Below, piece after piece: positions 31,771-42,611 of a DNA stretch of 64,000 nucleotides. Location of the stretch: the NCBI GenBank assembly GCA_965263355.1, contig CBDHHL010000056.1:608001-672000 (forward strand), in the 5' to 3' direction. Source of the stretch: Leptolyngbyaceae cyanobacterium (GTDB taxonomy: Bacteria; Cyanobacteriota; Cyanobacteriia; Phormidesmidales; Phormidesmidaceae). Made by a program: the position numbers and the translations under genes. Below the pieces are notes generated by a model. That model worked only from the letters and a program-made list of their open reading frames with translations, was not told the DNA's origin and did no database searches. Positions within the stretch are counted from its first letter, which is position 1. Each line of letters opens with the position of its first letter.

Positions 31771-32115
31771 AGTAGGACGATCATCCAGATTTCAGAACTC
31801 TTAGTGATGATTTTTACATGAGACTATACTGTGAGTCTACCGTGAACCCGGTAGAAACCGCATGCACTATTTGACCTAGTAAATAACTCTATTTGATAGA
31901 AGCCTTTACTCAGATAGTAAACGGTAGCTTGGCCTGGGGATGTCATCACACATTGGCTCAGAGCGATTGAGCTATGAGGTGGTGTCCTAGACGGTAAACC
32001 ACCAAAGATTAGGGCACTGTAAGGATTCAAGTTAGCTCCTATCGTAAGACTCTAGGGGTGGGATATGCTCATCCCTAACGATATATTCGCTACAGACTAA
32101 TCAAGGAAGTCGTAA

Positions 32116-33086
32116 ATGCAGACACTAAGGCAACGGGTAAAAACCATTGTTTTGCTGATAGTTGGCATTCTATTATCAGCGATTGGCCAGGCCCAGGCCA
32201 CACCAATAGATATCCCTGGAACCAGCGTTTCCTTAGAACCACCGGCTGGATTTACGATATCTGATAACTTTGCTGGGTTAGAAAATACCGCAAGTGGCTC
32301 AACCATTACCATTAATGAACTTCCATTCGAAGCCTACGAAGAAGTTGCTACGGTGTTTAGCACTACAGAAGCAGCAACTGAGGCATTAGTCAGACAGGGC
32401 ATCATCATCGAAGCGCATACTTTGCTAGATATAGGTGAGAAACCCAGGTTCCTTTGCTAAAAGGCACTCAACAGGCAGCAGAGGGGGAAATCACCAAGTA
32501 TTTAACCCTGTTTAAGGGAGAGACAACCGTATTGGTAACGTTTAATATTTTTAACCCAGCCCGCATCACACAAGAAGTTGTAGAAACAACAATCACATCG
32601 ATCACCCTAGCCACTGCCCCAACCATAGAAGAGAAAATTGCCCAACTCTCTTTTATATTTCAACCAGCAGCTCCTTTTAACATTTCCAATGTGATCGGCG
32701 GCTCAGGTGTTTTACTCACAACATTCGAAGGCACCGATCCATCTGGGATGGAGCCTATCGTAATTATTGCCAGGGGACAAAACATCATTTACGACCAAGA
32801 TGCAGCCGACATATCAGAAGATTTATTACGCGGTACTAGAGGATTATCATTAGCCAGGATAGTGCAACAAGAGTTTGTCGAATTTGCCGGTGGTAATGGT
32901 TATTTGATTGAAGCAGTTTGTCGAATATAGATTGAAGCAGGACTAACCATCATTCAATATACTTATGTACCGGCTAATGGGCACTACATTCGATTACTAG
33001 CAACTGGCGAAAGCAACAGGCTTACTGAGGTGTTGCCTACTATAAAAGAGATCGCAAATTCAGTTGTGGATAGACAGAGCCCATAG
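32116..33086 (+). pseudogene. Exported hypothetical protein broken by a frameshift (~32440) and an in-frame stop (32928-32930)
   Basis: Signal peptide ending AQA. The frame shifts to ETQVPLLKGTQ; after the TAG the same frame continues IEAGLTIIQYTYVP...VDRQSP* to 33086. Confidence 0.75.
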
Positions 33087-33333
33087 CCCTAGATGCTTGA
33101 AATTCTTGCTAATATAGCTTTAATGTATGAATATTGGAACTCAATGCCTCAAATGCTCCCTTAACAATTAAACATCTAGCCGTACTTTTTAAATCACTAA
33201 GGGTCACATCTGACTAATGAAATTAGCTAACTCCTTGCCATACACAGATCTAAAGCTTTTTTGTAGAAATAGCGAGCGGTTGTTCGCAGAATGTGGTTTA
33301 GCTGATGAACTAGGTTAGTTATTTTCTAAGCTC

Positions 33334-34974
33334 ATGGCAAGCTTAAATTATTACTACAGTGTGCTCGATTTAGTACCTGGCAGCACCCAAGAAGAGATTA
33401 AACGAGCCTATCGAAAACTGGCCCAACAGTGGCATCCAGATAAGTTTTCCACAGAACCGGAACAATTAAAAAAAGAAGCGAGAAAAAAGTTTGAGTTAAT
33501 CAAAGAAGCTTACGATAACCTGATTCAATTCTCTTCCGCAGATACATCTAGTTTTAGCCCCAAAATCTCAGTTCGTCCCCCCAGCGCTGAAGAACAGTAC
33601 AAAACAGGCATCGCTTATCTGCAGGCGGGTAAACGAAAACAGGCAATTGAGTGCTTTTCCCAGGCAATTCGTAAGCGATCTGGCTATCTCAAAGCCTATC
33701 AGGCCAGGGCGTTTACATTTGAGCAACTGGGTTTAAATTTGCAGGCTAAGGCGGACTTTGATAAGGTCGCTGAACTCAAGCGGTACGCTTCAGCTCAAAA
33801 CACTGAGGCCAGTTCCCTAACTGATGCTGAAATTGCCTTCCAGAAAGGCTTGGTCCAGTTCAAGTCGAGAAAATATGGGGCGGCAATCGAGAGCTTCACT
33901 ACAGTCATTGGGCTGAACCCTAAACATGTAAATGCCTATCGCTATCGCAGTCAGGCTTATTTTCGTCGTGGCTATGACAAGCAGGCTGATGCGGATTTCA
34001 AACGGATGCGTGACCTGGAGCAACAATCTAATGTCTCCAATTCCAGTAATGCTTATACCCATCGGTCAACTAAGGTGCCTACCTGGCGATGTGTTTACAC
34101 CCTGGCGCGCCATACGGATGTGGTATCTGGGCTTGCGATCGCACGCGACGGCAAAAAGCTAGCCACCAGCAGCTATGATAAAACACTACGGCTGTGGAGC
34201 ACTAAGACCGGCAGCTTATTAAAAACCTTTAATGACCACAGTCAAGCCATATATTGTGTTGCATTCAGCTGGGATAGCAAACTAATCGCCAGCGGTAGTG
34301 CCGATAAAACCATCAAAATCTGGGATGTCCGCACAGGGGAGTTGCTACGGTCGTTCGGTAATTTAATTGCAGGCCATTCCGATACCGTTACTGCCCTGGC
34401 ATTTAGCCCCAATCACCAATTTTTAGCCAGTGCCAGTCTAGACAAAACCGTTCGCCTCTGGTCAGTCAAAACCGGCAAAGAAATTTATGTCCTTAAGGAC
34501 TATCCAGGATCAATTTTAACCCTGGCCATGGGTTGGGATGGCAAGGCAATCGTATACGGAGGTAAAAGTAATACCCTCAGCATGCGTCATACTAAAACAG
34601 GCAAGCCGATTCGCTCTTTTCCCACCGATGATCAGCCTAACCGATCTATTGCGCTGAGTCGACAACGTTTTCTCTTAGCGGTAGCTAATGGAACAGAGAT
34701 TGCTATGTGGAATCGACAGTATCAAAAAAAGTTGTTTGAACTTAGAGGCCATACTGGAGCTGTCAGTTCTCTGGCCTTTAGCGCTGATAGTGACACTTTA
34801 ATCAGTGGCAGCTACGACAAAACAATCAAGCTATGGAATACAAACACTGGCAAAAATATTGATACGCTGGCGGACCACCAGGCAGCTGTCTGTTCCGTTG
34901 CCTGTAGTTTAGATGGCAAACTAATTGTCAGCAGTAGTGCCGATAAAACCACTAAAATTTGGCAACAGATATAA
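33334..34974 (+). CDS. DnaJ domain, TPR and WD40-repeat protein
   Basis: J domain with WHPD, two TPR blocks, about seven WD40 repeats (SGSADKTIKIWD). Confidence 0.92.
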   Translation: MASLNYYYSVLDLVPGSTQEEIKRAYRKLAQQWHPDKFSTEPEQLKKEARKKFELIKEAYDNLIQFSSADTSSFSPKISVRPPSAEEQYKTGIAYLQAGKRKQAIECFSQAIRKRSGYLKAYQARAFTFEQLGLNLQAKADFDKVAELKRYASAQNTEASSLTDAEIAFQKGLVQFKSRKYGAAIESFTTVIGLNPKHVNAYRYRSQAYFRRGYDKQADADFKRMRDLEQQSNVSNSSNAYTHRSTKVPTWRCVYTLARHTDVVSGLAIARDGKKLATSSYDKTLRLWSTKTGSLLKTFNDHSQAIYCVAFSWDSKLIASGSADKTIKIWDVRTGELLRSFGNLIAGHSDTVTALAFSPNHQFLASASLDKTVRLWSVKTGKEIYVLKDYPGSILTLAMGWDGKAIVYGGKSNTLSMRHTKTGKPIRSFPTDDQPNRSIALSRQRFLLAVANGTEIAMWNRQYQKKLFELRGHTGAVSSLAFSADSDTLISGSYDKTIKLWNTNTGKNIDTLADHQAAVCSVACSLDGKLIVSSSADKTTKIWQQI

Positions 34975-35241
34975 GCCAAGAGAGGGAGGTCTTAAGCACA
35001 TTATTAAATTGAAGTAACACACTTGACAGGCTTTGCAGATGACAAGAAATGATGACGATCTTGGAAAAGAAACTCACTGTAGTCAGCTAAATCATCTAAG
35101 CCTAGGCAATTCAGTGCTATTTCTGCACTCAACCAAAACAGAATTTTCAAAAGAAATTTAGGCCAATGAATTTGCATGATCCGTTGTCGCTTGTAAATAC
35201 TAACCTGCTTGCTAGAGAGTAAGCGCCTACTTGAGCAGACG

Positions 35242-35739
35242 TTAAGCCGTCAAGGGATTAATGCCCATCTTGCCAACGATAAGGCATAGGACTGCAATCT
35301 GTTGATTAAAGCCCAGTGTCATGAGTTTATTTAGGGCTGCAGTTGCTGGTGCAGATAACTGATAGTCTTGCGGCATCGGAATAACATCTCCGAAGCACAT
35401 CCATTCGGCTAACTGATACCAAAATGCCAACTTGTTGTTGCTAGTCAGACATCCGTAATCACGAGTCATCGCGTTATTAGTTCCCGCCACCAAATCTCTC
35501 ATAAACTGCAACTGCTCTTCATGGGATAGATTAGCCACCTGATAGATTAAACTTCCGGCTAATTTGATCCGATCTGTTGTGTGAGAAGTCGCAGGCGTCA
35601 TCAAATCTCCTATGTTTCTATACAGAAGCCACAGGAGACCCAACTGGTCATCAATGGGTAACCGTTGGATAGTACCCACTACATCAGGAACAGCAGCAAA
35701 AATATTAGAGTAAGCGGGCTTATCAGCAGCAGTGGCCAT
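35242..35739 (-). CDS. Helical carotenoid protein (OCP N-terminal domain family)
   Basis: DDQLGLLW, LSHEEQLQFMRDL, NNKLAFWYQLAEWM, VIPMP and QQIAVL..IV.KMG motifs. Confidence 0.9.
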   Translation of the reverse strand: MATAADKPAYSNIFAAVPDVVGTIQRLPIDDQLGLLWLLYRNIGDLMTPATSHTTDRIKLAGSLIYQVANLSHEEQLQFMRDLVAGTNNAMTRDYGCLTSNNKLAFWYQLAEWMCFGDVIPMPQDYQLSAPATAALNKLMTLGFNQQIAVLCLIVGKMGINPLTA

Positions 35740-35762
35740 GGGTCAAGTATTTAGAATCTGAT

Positions 35763-35784
35763 GCGTTACATTAATTAATGTAAC
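35763..35784. promoter_or_regulatory. Palindromic TTACA-containing site upstream of the HCP gene
   Basis: cgttacattaattaatgtaacg is a perfect palindrome; shares the 17-mer tgcgttacattaattaa with the psb34 upstream region. Confidence 0.55.
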
Positions 35785-35998
35785 GTAACTTAAGTTTACA
35801 TTACAACTTGATAACTCTAATCTTTGCCCCCCTAGCGATAAGGGTGAAAATTCGTATAGATAGGCAATAATACTTGCTTTCAATGATTCGGTTATCCGAC
35901 GTCTATGATTACGGCTCTCCACATGGGCTGAAATCTGAGCAATATTTACATTAGTTAATAAATTTACTCAGATTTGTATTTGGGCCTCTAAAACGATT

Positions 35999-36658
35999 AT
36001 GAACATCCGACAGATTGAATCATTTCTTGAGAGTCCTAACCCTCAAAACAGAATGAAGGCCATTACTGAACTTAGGCATCATGAGCCCTCTATGGTAGTC
36101 CCCCTACTTAAGCGCAGCATGTATGATAAAGAGCTTTTAGTGCGCTCCTTTGTTGCGATGGGATTAGGGGCTAAGCGAAATGATGAGGGCTTTGATGCAC
36201 TGCTCAGTATTATTGAGCATGATGATGATCCGAATGTGGTCGCTGAGGCTGCTAATTCCTTAGCTAATTTTGGGCCTCAGGCCATCCCTCATCTAACTGC
36301 GTTATTTGAACAAAATTCTCACTGGCTGATTCGACAGAGTATTTTTCCCGTACTGGACTATCCAGAAAGCTTTGAAGCTCTTGTAAAATTATGCCGTTTA
36401 GGCTACCAAGACAAAGATCCAATAGTCAAACTGGCTGCGATCGCTAACTTAGACAGACTAAAGGGAACTGCTCAAGCCTCTGAAGCCTTAGCCATACTAC
36501 TTCAAGCAGCAACTGACGGCAATGCATTCATCCGAGCTAAAGTCGCTCGACTACTAATGCATTTTGATACCCCCCAGGCCCAAGCAGCCCTAGCAGAACT
36601 ACGGCAGGATTCTGATTATCGTGTCGTTAAGGTTTTTCTCGAAGCACTCATACCGTAG
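35999..36658 (+). CDS. HEAT-repeat PBS lyase-like protein (NblB-like)
   Basis: HEAT repeats (VRSFVAMGLG, DPNVVAEAANSL, WLIRQSI); about 220 aa like NblB. Confidence 0.8.
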   Translation: MNIRQIESFLESPNPQNRMKAITELRHHEPSMVVPLLKRSMYDKELLVRSFVAMGLGAKRNDEGFDALLSIIEHDDDPNVVAEAANSLANFGPQAIPHLTALFEQNSHWLIRQSIFPVLDYPESFEALVKLCRLGYQDKDPIVKLAAIANLDRLKGTAQASEALAILLQAATDGNAFIRAKVARLLMHFDTPQAQAALAELRQDSDYRVVKVFLEALIP

Positions 36659-36738
36659 TTTTTGTTGTGCATTAATGGTGCCGGGCAAAGACCTATGTAC
36701 TCTGAGTATTTGTCAGTTAATTTACATTTTGCAATATT

Positions 36739-36759
36739 TGCGTTACATTAATTAACAAT
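36739..36759 (+). promoter_or_regulatory. HLR1-like (RpaB) direct repeat upstream of psb34
   Basis: GTTACATT-aa-TTAACAAT compared with the HLR1 consensus (G/T)TTACA(T/A)(T/A)-N2-repeat. Confidence 0.6.
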
Positions 36760-36784
36760 AGAAGCAGATAAAGGGGAACTACCC

Positions 36785-36955
36785 ATGTACACCACTACTG
36801 AAGATGGCGGACGGCTTAACAATTATGCATCTGAGCCAAAGATGTATTTGGCGGAGCATCCTGAGCCTGAACAGCAGCGTCGTTACCTGTTCCAAGGTGG
36901 TCTAGCACTTTTATTTGTTGTCACTTTGTTGGTCACTGCTCTAGCTGTTAGCTAG
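36785..36955 (+). CDS. psb34: Photosystem II assembly factor Psb34 (Ssl1498 family)
   Basis: Not in ORF track (56 aa): MYTTTEDGGRLNNYASEPKMYLAEHPEPEQQRRYLFQGGLALLFVVTLLVTALAVS, with the G.LNN(Y/F)A.EPKMY.A signature and a C-terminal TM helix. Confidence 0.88.
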   Translation: MYTTTEDGGRLNNYASEPKMYLAEHPEPEQQRRYLFQGGLALLFVVTLLVTALAVS

Positions 36956-37020
36956 TCCGCTTCATTCTCAAAGTTATTTGTTCATTTGCAACGCATCTCA
37001 AATTCAGGAGACTTAACTCT

Positions 37021-37254
37021 ATGATTGGTATTTTGCTAGCCGTCATCATTGTTGGTTGGGTTGGAGCCGCTATTCTCGGTACTCAGGCTTACTTTCTTGG
37101 TGAGCAGTCCAAGCCTATTCACGAGCGCAATTTAAATTCTGACGGTTTTGAGACTATTTCCAAAGTAGTCACTGGTCGTGAGACTGACTACAACACTCGT
37201 GTAGTTCCTTTCGGTGGCGATGCTTACACGAGTGCAGCCCTTAGCAATCAGTAG
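37021..37254 (+). CDS. Psb35-related small membrane protein
   Basis: N-terminal TM with GW..A..LGTQAYF.GEQSKPIHERN; AGGAG RBS. Confidence 0.72.
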   Translation: MIGILLAVIIVGWVGAAILGTQAYFLGEQSKPIHERNLNSDGFETISKVVTGRETDYNTRVVPFGGDAYTSAALSNQ

Positions 37255-37376
37255 GTAGAATTTCGGAAGATGAGCGCTAGTTGGCGGCAGTTTGAAGCAC
37301 CGTCACTAGCTATGCTCCCGGATAGTTTTGCATATTCTTTTGTTCAGTGTCAGGCAAGTTTTAGCTAATGCCTATT

Positions 37377-37404
37377 GGCCCTCGCATTTAGTGAGGGCCT
37401 TTTG
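37377..37404 (+). terminator. Intrinsic terminator
   Basis: ggccctcgc-attta-gtgagggcc followed by ttttg. Confidence 0.7.
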
Positions 37405-37499
37405 TAGTGACAGAGACACTTTTATAAGGTTTCTTGCTGTCCATTAGTTTAGGTTACGGGTGCGCTTACCGATTTAAAGTTCGGGAATGCATACCATCG

Positions 37500-37552
37500 A
37501 GCGATCAATGTAGCGCAATCTCCTCCAAGGAGGATACGCTACATTGATCGCT
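37500..37552. repeat. Long intergenic inverted repeat (REP-like or terminator)
   Basis: 16-bp arms agcgatcaatgtagcg / cgctacattgatcgct with an inner tcctcc-aa-ggagga stem. Confidence 0.75.
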
Positions 37553-37619
37553 ACAATTTGCGTTTCAGAGAATTTGTGAGTATCTACTTTACAGCCGCAA
37601 AAAAACTAGGCAATCCTAT

Positions 37620-39698
37620 TCAACCAGGTTCGGCTAGATAGGACTGTAAGTGAGGATTCAAGGCTTGGCGGGCAGCCATGGCATGTTCGAAACGCTTACT
37701 TTGATTTTGCTGAATCAGTTTATCAAACCAGTCTCCTATAGAGTCTGGAACTGATGCAAACTGACGCCATGCTAAATCACCACTTACAGTTGGCAGGGTT
37801 AGCTGGTCTATAGATTGACCTGTCAAAGCTTGGAGTCCGATTAAACCAAGGGCATATATGTCACTACTCATGACCGGGCGACCAATACGCTGCTCTAGGG
37901 GCTGATAGTCGCGTTGCATCAGCAGTTGCTTACGGTATTCGGCAGACTGTTGGCTAACGCCAATCATGACGCGTTTACCTAGACCACTATCTATCAGCAT
38001 CATGGATGGACTTAGGGTTTCTCGACCACCAGTCTGAATAAAAGAGTCATCCCTCAATCCTGCATGGATCTGTTTGTGTCGATGAAATATCCCAACTTGT
38101 TCAAGTAAGCGGTCCATGAGCAACAGGACTGACTCCAACGGCCAAGGTGCCTGTAACTTGGCTTGTAAGAGTTGTTCCTGATTAAAGGCTTCTCCTAACC
38201 CGTGGATGATGTAGAACGTATTGTCTACTTGACCAAAGGTATATCCAGGAAATTGAGAGCGTAGAGGTTCGAATTTTTCTGTTTCCTTTTCCATAACCCG
38301 CTTTAAAAGCTCAGCGGTATCTTGGGAATAGGCTCTAAGTGTCTGCAACAGTACTAAGGAATCTGTTTGCTTATCTAGGGCAATTGAGATGGGCCCCAAT
38401 GGTTCTTGGCGAAGAAAGTACTGTACCTGATAGCGTTGTGCTGCAAATCTTGAGAAAGATCCTTTAGGCACCAATGAAATACTGGCAGTTCCTGATTGGT
38501 TACCAGGCTGTGAAGTCTCTATGGCCTTAATCGGTTGAATATCCTGGGCCCGTTTAGAGGATTGAGATAGTTGTCTGGATTCAAACTGTTCAGATGGCTG
38601 TTTGGTTGCTTTGACGATCGCAAGTTGAGTTTCAACCCTGGCAAGGGTAACAGCAAAATCTATGGGTTTAGTAATATAATCATTGGCCCCGAGTTCAAAG
38701 GCTTTGACCATATCGTCACTTTGGGCCTTTGCAGTCACCATCAACACTGGCATTTGGTTGCGGGAATAGGTTTGCCGAATACGTTTTAACGTTTCAATGC
38801 CGTCAATTCCCGGCATCATGATATCCAACAAAACTAGGGCCACGCCTTGGTTATTTTGAATGTAATCCAAAGCGGCCTCTCCGCTTTCTACCACCACTGC
38901 TTGATAGCCACGACGGTTAAGACGGCGACTCAGCATGTCGCGGTTGTCTTCGTTATCATCGACCACAAGAATGGGTAGCCCACTGAATGCATTTTGAGAT
39001 TTTTTAACTGCAGCAGGGGTTATCGGCATTTCATTATCGTCGAGTGTCATTGGGGTGATGGGGGTAACGGGAGGCATCGTCACATCTGCAGTAATTGGAG
39101 TTACTGGAGCGATTGGCGTGACTGAGGCTGTAGACGGAGTCGTCAGTGGAGTTGTGATGGGAGTAACGGGAGAAGTAGGTGGAGTGGGTGAAGTCGTCTT
39201 TGGTGGTGTAATCGGAGAGACTGAGGCAGCTGGTGCTGTAATTGGGGCCACTGGTGTGATGGGAATAACTGGCACAGTGGTCGTTTCAGAAACGGCTGGT
39301 GCTTTCGGCTTGTCTGACACTCTGTCTAGCTGTTCAGCGGATAGGAATGCCTTGATCTTGCTTAGTAATCTTTTGAGATCAATTGGCTTAGTGTCATAGT
39401 CGTCACAGCCTGCTGCCAAGGCTTGATCCCGATCACCCCGCATGGCATGGGCGGTCAAGGCAATAATGGGAACCTGCTGTGTATGGGGTTGGGCTTTTAA
39501 TCGCCGGGTTGCTTCCCAACCATCAATTACCGGCAGACTCATGTCCATGAGAATAAGGTCAAATGGCTGAGCGGATGCGATCGCAATCGCTTCAGCCCCA
39601 TCTACTGCAACAGCTAAATCATATCCACGACGACGAAGGCGTCGACTTAACATGTCTCGATTTAGCTCGTTATCTTCAACCAATAAGATTCTTGTCAT
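37620..39698 (-). CDS. Response regulator: REC, Pro/Thr-rich linker, REC, Ser/Thr kinase-like (pseudokinase) domain
   Basis: Two intact REC domains, a PITP/PVTP repeat linker, and a kinase C-lobe motif SSDIYALG with the catalytic loop degenerate. Confidence 0.85.
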   Translation of the reverse strand: MTRILLVEDNELNRDMLSRRLRRRGYDLAVAVDGAEAIAIASAQPFDLILMDMSLPVIDGWEATRRLKAQPHTQQVPIIALTAHAMRGDRDQALAAGCDDYDTKPIDLKRLLSKIKAFLSAEQLDRVSDKPKAPAVSETTTVPVIPITPVAPITAPAASVSPITPPKTTSPTPPTSPVTPITTPLTTPSTASVTPIAPVTPITADVTMPPVTPITPMTLDDNEMPITPAAVKKSQNAFSGLPILVVDDNEDNRDMLSRRLNRRGYQAVVVESGEAALDYIQNNQGVALVLLDIMMPGIDGIETLKRIRQTYSRNQMPVLMVTAKAQSDDMVKAFELGANDYITKPIDFAVTLARVETQLAIVKATKQPSEQFESRQLSQSSKRAQDIQPIKAIETSQPGNQSGTASISLVPKGSFSRFAAQRYQVQYFLRQEPLGPISIALDKQTDSLVLLQTLRAYSQDTAELLKRVMEKETEKFEPLRSQFPGYTFGQVDNTFYIIHGLGEAFNQEQLLQAKLQAPWPLESVLLLMDRLLEQVGIFHRHKQIHAGLRDDSFIQTGGRETLSPSMMLIDSGLGKRVMIGVSQQSAEYRKQLLMQRDYQPLEQRIGRPVMSSDIYALGLIGLQALTGQSIDQLTLPTVSGDLAWRQFASVPDSIGDWFDKLIQQNQSKRFEHAMAARQALNPHLQSYLAEPG

Positions 39699-39737
39699 AA
39701 TCCCCTTAATTAACCTCAGCCTACAATCACTACCGGG

Positions 39738-42611
39738 TTAATCAGATGCACTAGACACCGTATCGGTGCTAGAGACTGAATCTGTGGTGCTAGGCATTGA
39801 GATTGCCTTAGTTGAAACCATCGCCTGCAATTCATCTAAAAGCTCTTGACGATTTAGATCGGCCTTTTGATACACCCGTGCTACACCTTCTAGCTGTTGC
39901 TGATCGCTGACTGTTAATGCCTTCGCTGTCACCACAATGACCGGTATATCCTGCCAATCAGAGTTTTGCCTCAGCACTTGAATAAACTCAAACCCATCCA
40001 TTTCAGGCATCATTAAATCCAGTACAATTAGGTTAGGCCGCTTATTATTCAGGTATTGCAATGCTTCCCGTCCATTGGATGCCAGTTCAACAGTCCAGTC
40101 TTGTCGCTGCAAGAAGCGTCCCATTATCTCTCTTGCATTCACATCATCTTCTACCACTAGAATGGTAGGAGAAACTTGGTTTGCAAGGTGAGTCTCTAAA
40201 ACACTTATCAAACGCTTACGATCAATTGGCTTCGTTAGATAGTCAGCCGCCCCTAAGCTATGTCCCGTAGGACGATCATCTACAATGGACAAGAGGATAA
40301 CTGGAATTTCAGCAACAACTGGCATTTCTTTGAGTTGCCTTAGTACTGACCAGCCATCCATTTGTGGCATCATCACATCCAGCGTAATAGCATCGGGCAA
40401 GATTTCACCTGCTAGGGCCAACCCCTGCTCACCACTAGCGGCACAAACCACCTCATAGCCAGCCTCATCGAGGGAGCGACGTAAAATTTCGCGAGCATCA
40501 TCGTCATCGTCAATCACCAAAACTGTCTGTCTTGACGACTTATGGATTGGAATACTCTTCGGTTCAGTGGGCTCACTGTCGGTAGCGGATAAGGGAGGGG
40601 CAAAAAAGGCTTTACCTCTTGGATTAGTCGCCCGTACTACTTGTGGAATCACTAGCGAAAATGTAGTGCCTTGTCCATGGGTACTTTCTACGGAGATATC
40701 ACCACCCATCATGTTGATAAACTGTTTAGTAATCGCTAGTCCCAAACCTGTGCCACCATATTTACGGGTAGTAGACGCATCGGCTTGGGTAAATGCATCA
40801 AAAATCTTCTCTATTTGATCATCTTTCATGCCAATGCCCGTATCGCTGACGATAAAACGGAACCAATCTCCGTCGTGTACGGAACTATCAATAGTAGGAA
40901 TTTGTTCAACTGTTAAGGTGATATTTCCATCTTCGGTAAATTTGCAAGCATTACTCAGCAGATTAAACAAGCTTTGCCGTAGCTTTGTTTGATCGGCGTG
41001 GAGTTTGCCAATATCATCAGGACAGAAAATGGACAGATGATTGTTATTTTTATGGGCAACAGGAACAATTGTGCCAGAGATTTCCTCTACCATTTCTCTA
41101 ATGGAGAAGTCCTCCAAAAACAGCTCCATGCGTCCCGCCTCAATCTTAGACAGATCGAGTACTGAATTAATTAATCCCAGCAAATGTTTACCTGCGCCTT
41201 GAATTTTTTGAAGGTCAGGGATAAAGTCATCTTCTCCGACATCAGTTGCTTCTTCTTCCAACATTTCGCTGTAACCAATAATTGCATTCAGCGGTGTGCG
41301 CAACTCATGACTCATGTTGGCTAAAAATTCACTTTTAGATCGATTTGCATCTTCTGCCTTGACCCTTGCTTCTTCAGCCTCTTCCATGGCTTTCATAAGT
41401 TTGGTCGTCCGATCTTGCACACGACTATCCAAATCGCGATTTAATTCCATTAACTGTTCTTCAGCCTGTTTACGTTCAGTGATATCCTGCAAAAATAAAG
41501 ATAATCCATCACGGCCAGGATATCCTCTTACCTGCAACCATCGCTGTGTGGGGGCATAGTAGGTTTCGAAACTGACGACCGTTTGCTCAGCCATAGCTCG
41601 ACGATATTGTTGCTCATAGCGAGCCCCTAAGGATTCAGGGAAAATTTTCCAGAAGTCTTGATCCAAGAGGCCCTGAATGCTACGTTTAAGTACTTCTGCC
41701 GCCTGTGCATTGACATAGGTCACCTTCCAACCTCGATCAACAGCAACAAAAGCATCGGTAATATTTTCCAGAACGCTGGTGGTACGTTGACTAGACTGAC
41801 GTAACCGGGCGATCAAACTATAGGCAATTATAATAATGATTACTAAAACAACCAATGAGGCTGCATATCTATATATGACAACCTTTGTAAACGCTTCTCG
41901 GCTCGACTGATCAAAGGTAGCTTCTAGCTCACGAATATTAGTCGTTAGGGGTAAATTGACGACTTGATCCAACAGTGCATCAGCGGACGGCTTATTGTCT
42001 AGGACTGTTTGAGTCAGCTGGACTACCTGGTCTACATCTTCTGAACTAGAAAACTCACCCGAATTGAGTTTAGACTTAACCGTATTTAATTCCTGTTCGA
42101 TTGTAGTCACCAATTGTTCATCGGTGGCCATGATGTAAATCAAAACATCGTCGATTAATCGTTCAAGGTCTGCATCACTAGTATTCTTGAGCTTATTGAC
42201 TAATCCAGGTAATTGGATTAAAGCTTTTTGTAGCTCTGCATTATTCGCCTGAAATTGTTTAACCAGTTTAGTTTTTTCTTCTAAAAGCTGAGCGTCTCGA
42301 TTGATCAGACTTTGCAACTTTGTCCGATCATCTTCTACTACAAAACTGGGTATTTTTTCTGCTAAATCTTGCTGAATAGCAAGCTCCTCAGCCAGGGCTT
42401 CTTCCAGTGGCTCATCATTTCTTAGGAGTGTGTAGCGTTCTTTCAGTAGTGCTAGCTCAACCTCTGTATCACTTTGTACTTGGTTGGCGATTAAATCTGC
42501 ATATTCTTGATATCGGTTAACATCAACAGACTTTCCTTTAATCCCTAAAAATAAGAGGAGGATAAAAGCTGCGGCTACACCTGCTCCTTTAGATAAAGAG
42601 TCTTGATTCAC
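39738..42611 (-). CDS. Hybrid sensor histidine kinase (helical extracytoplasmic sensor, PAS, HisKA, HATPase, 2xREC)
   Basis: [36 protein letters not shown]; two REC domains; GTG start with GGAGG RBS. Confidence 0.93.
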   Translation of the reverse strand: MNQDSLSKGAGVAAAFILLLFLGIKGKSVDVNRYQEYADLIANQVQSDTEVELALLKERYTLLRNDEPLEEALAEELAIQQDLAEKIPSFVVEDDRTKLQSLINRDAQLLEEKTKLVKQFQANNAELQKALIQLPGLVNKLKNTSDADLERLIDDVLIYIMATDEQLVTTIEQELNTVKSKLNSGEFSSSEDVDQVVQLTQTVLDNKPSADALLDQVVNLPLTTNIRELEATFDQSSREAFTKVVIYRYAASLVVLVIIIIIAYSLIARLRQSSQRTTSVLENITDAFVAVDRGWKVTYVNAQAAEVLKRSIQGLLDQDFWKIFPESLGARYEQQYRRAMAEQTVVSFETYYAPTQRWLQVRGYPGRDGLSLFLQDITERKQAEEQLMELNRDLDSRVQDRTTKLMKAMEEAEEARVKAEDANRSKSEFLANMSHELRTPLNAIIGYSEMLEEEATDVGEDDFIPDLQKIQGAGKHLLGLINSVLDLSKIEAGRMELFLEDFSIREMVEEISGTIVPVAHKNNNHLSIFCPDDIGKLHADQTKLRQSLFNLLSNACKFTEDGNITLTVEQIPTIDSSVHDGDWFRFIVSDTGIGMKDDQIEKIFDAFTQADASTTRKYGGTGLGLAITKQFINMMGGDISVESTHGQGTTFSLVIPQVVRATNPRGKAFFAPPLSATDSEPTEPKSIPIHKSSRQTVLVIDDDDDAREILRRSLDEAGYEVVCAASGEQGLALAGEILPDAITLDVMMPQMDGWSVLRQLKEMPVVAEIPVILLSIVDDRPTGHSLGAADYLTKPIDRKRLISVLETHLANQVSPTILVVEDDVNAREIMGRFLQRQDWTVELASNGREALQYLNNKRPNLIVLDLMMPEMDGFEFIQVLRQNSDWQDIPVIVVTAKALTVSDQQQLEGVARVYQKADLNRQELLDELQAMVSTKAISMPSTTDSVSSTDTVSSASD

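Noticed and set aside
35786..35800. NtcA site
   Set aside because: GTA and TAC are spaced by 9 nt, not the required 8.
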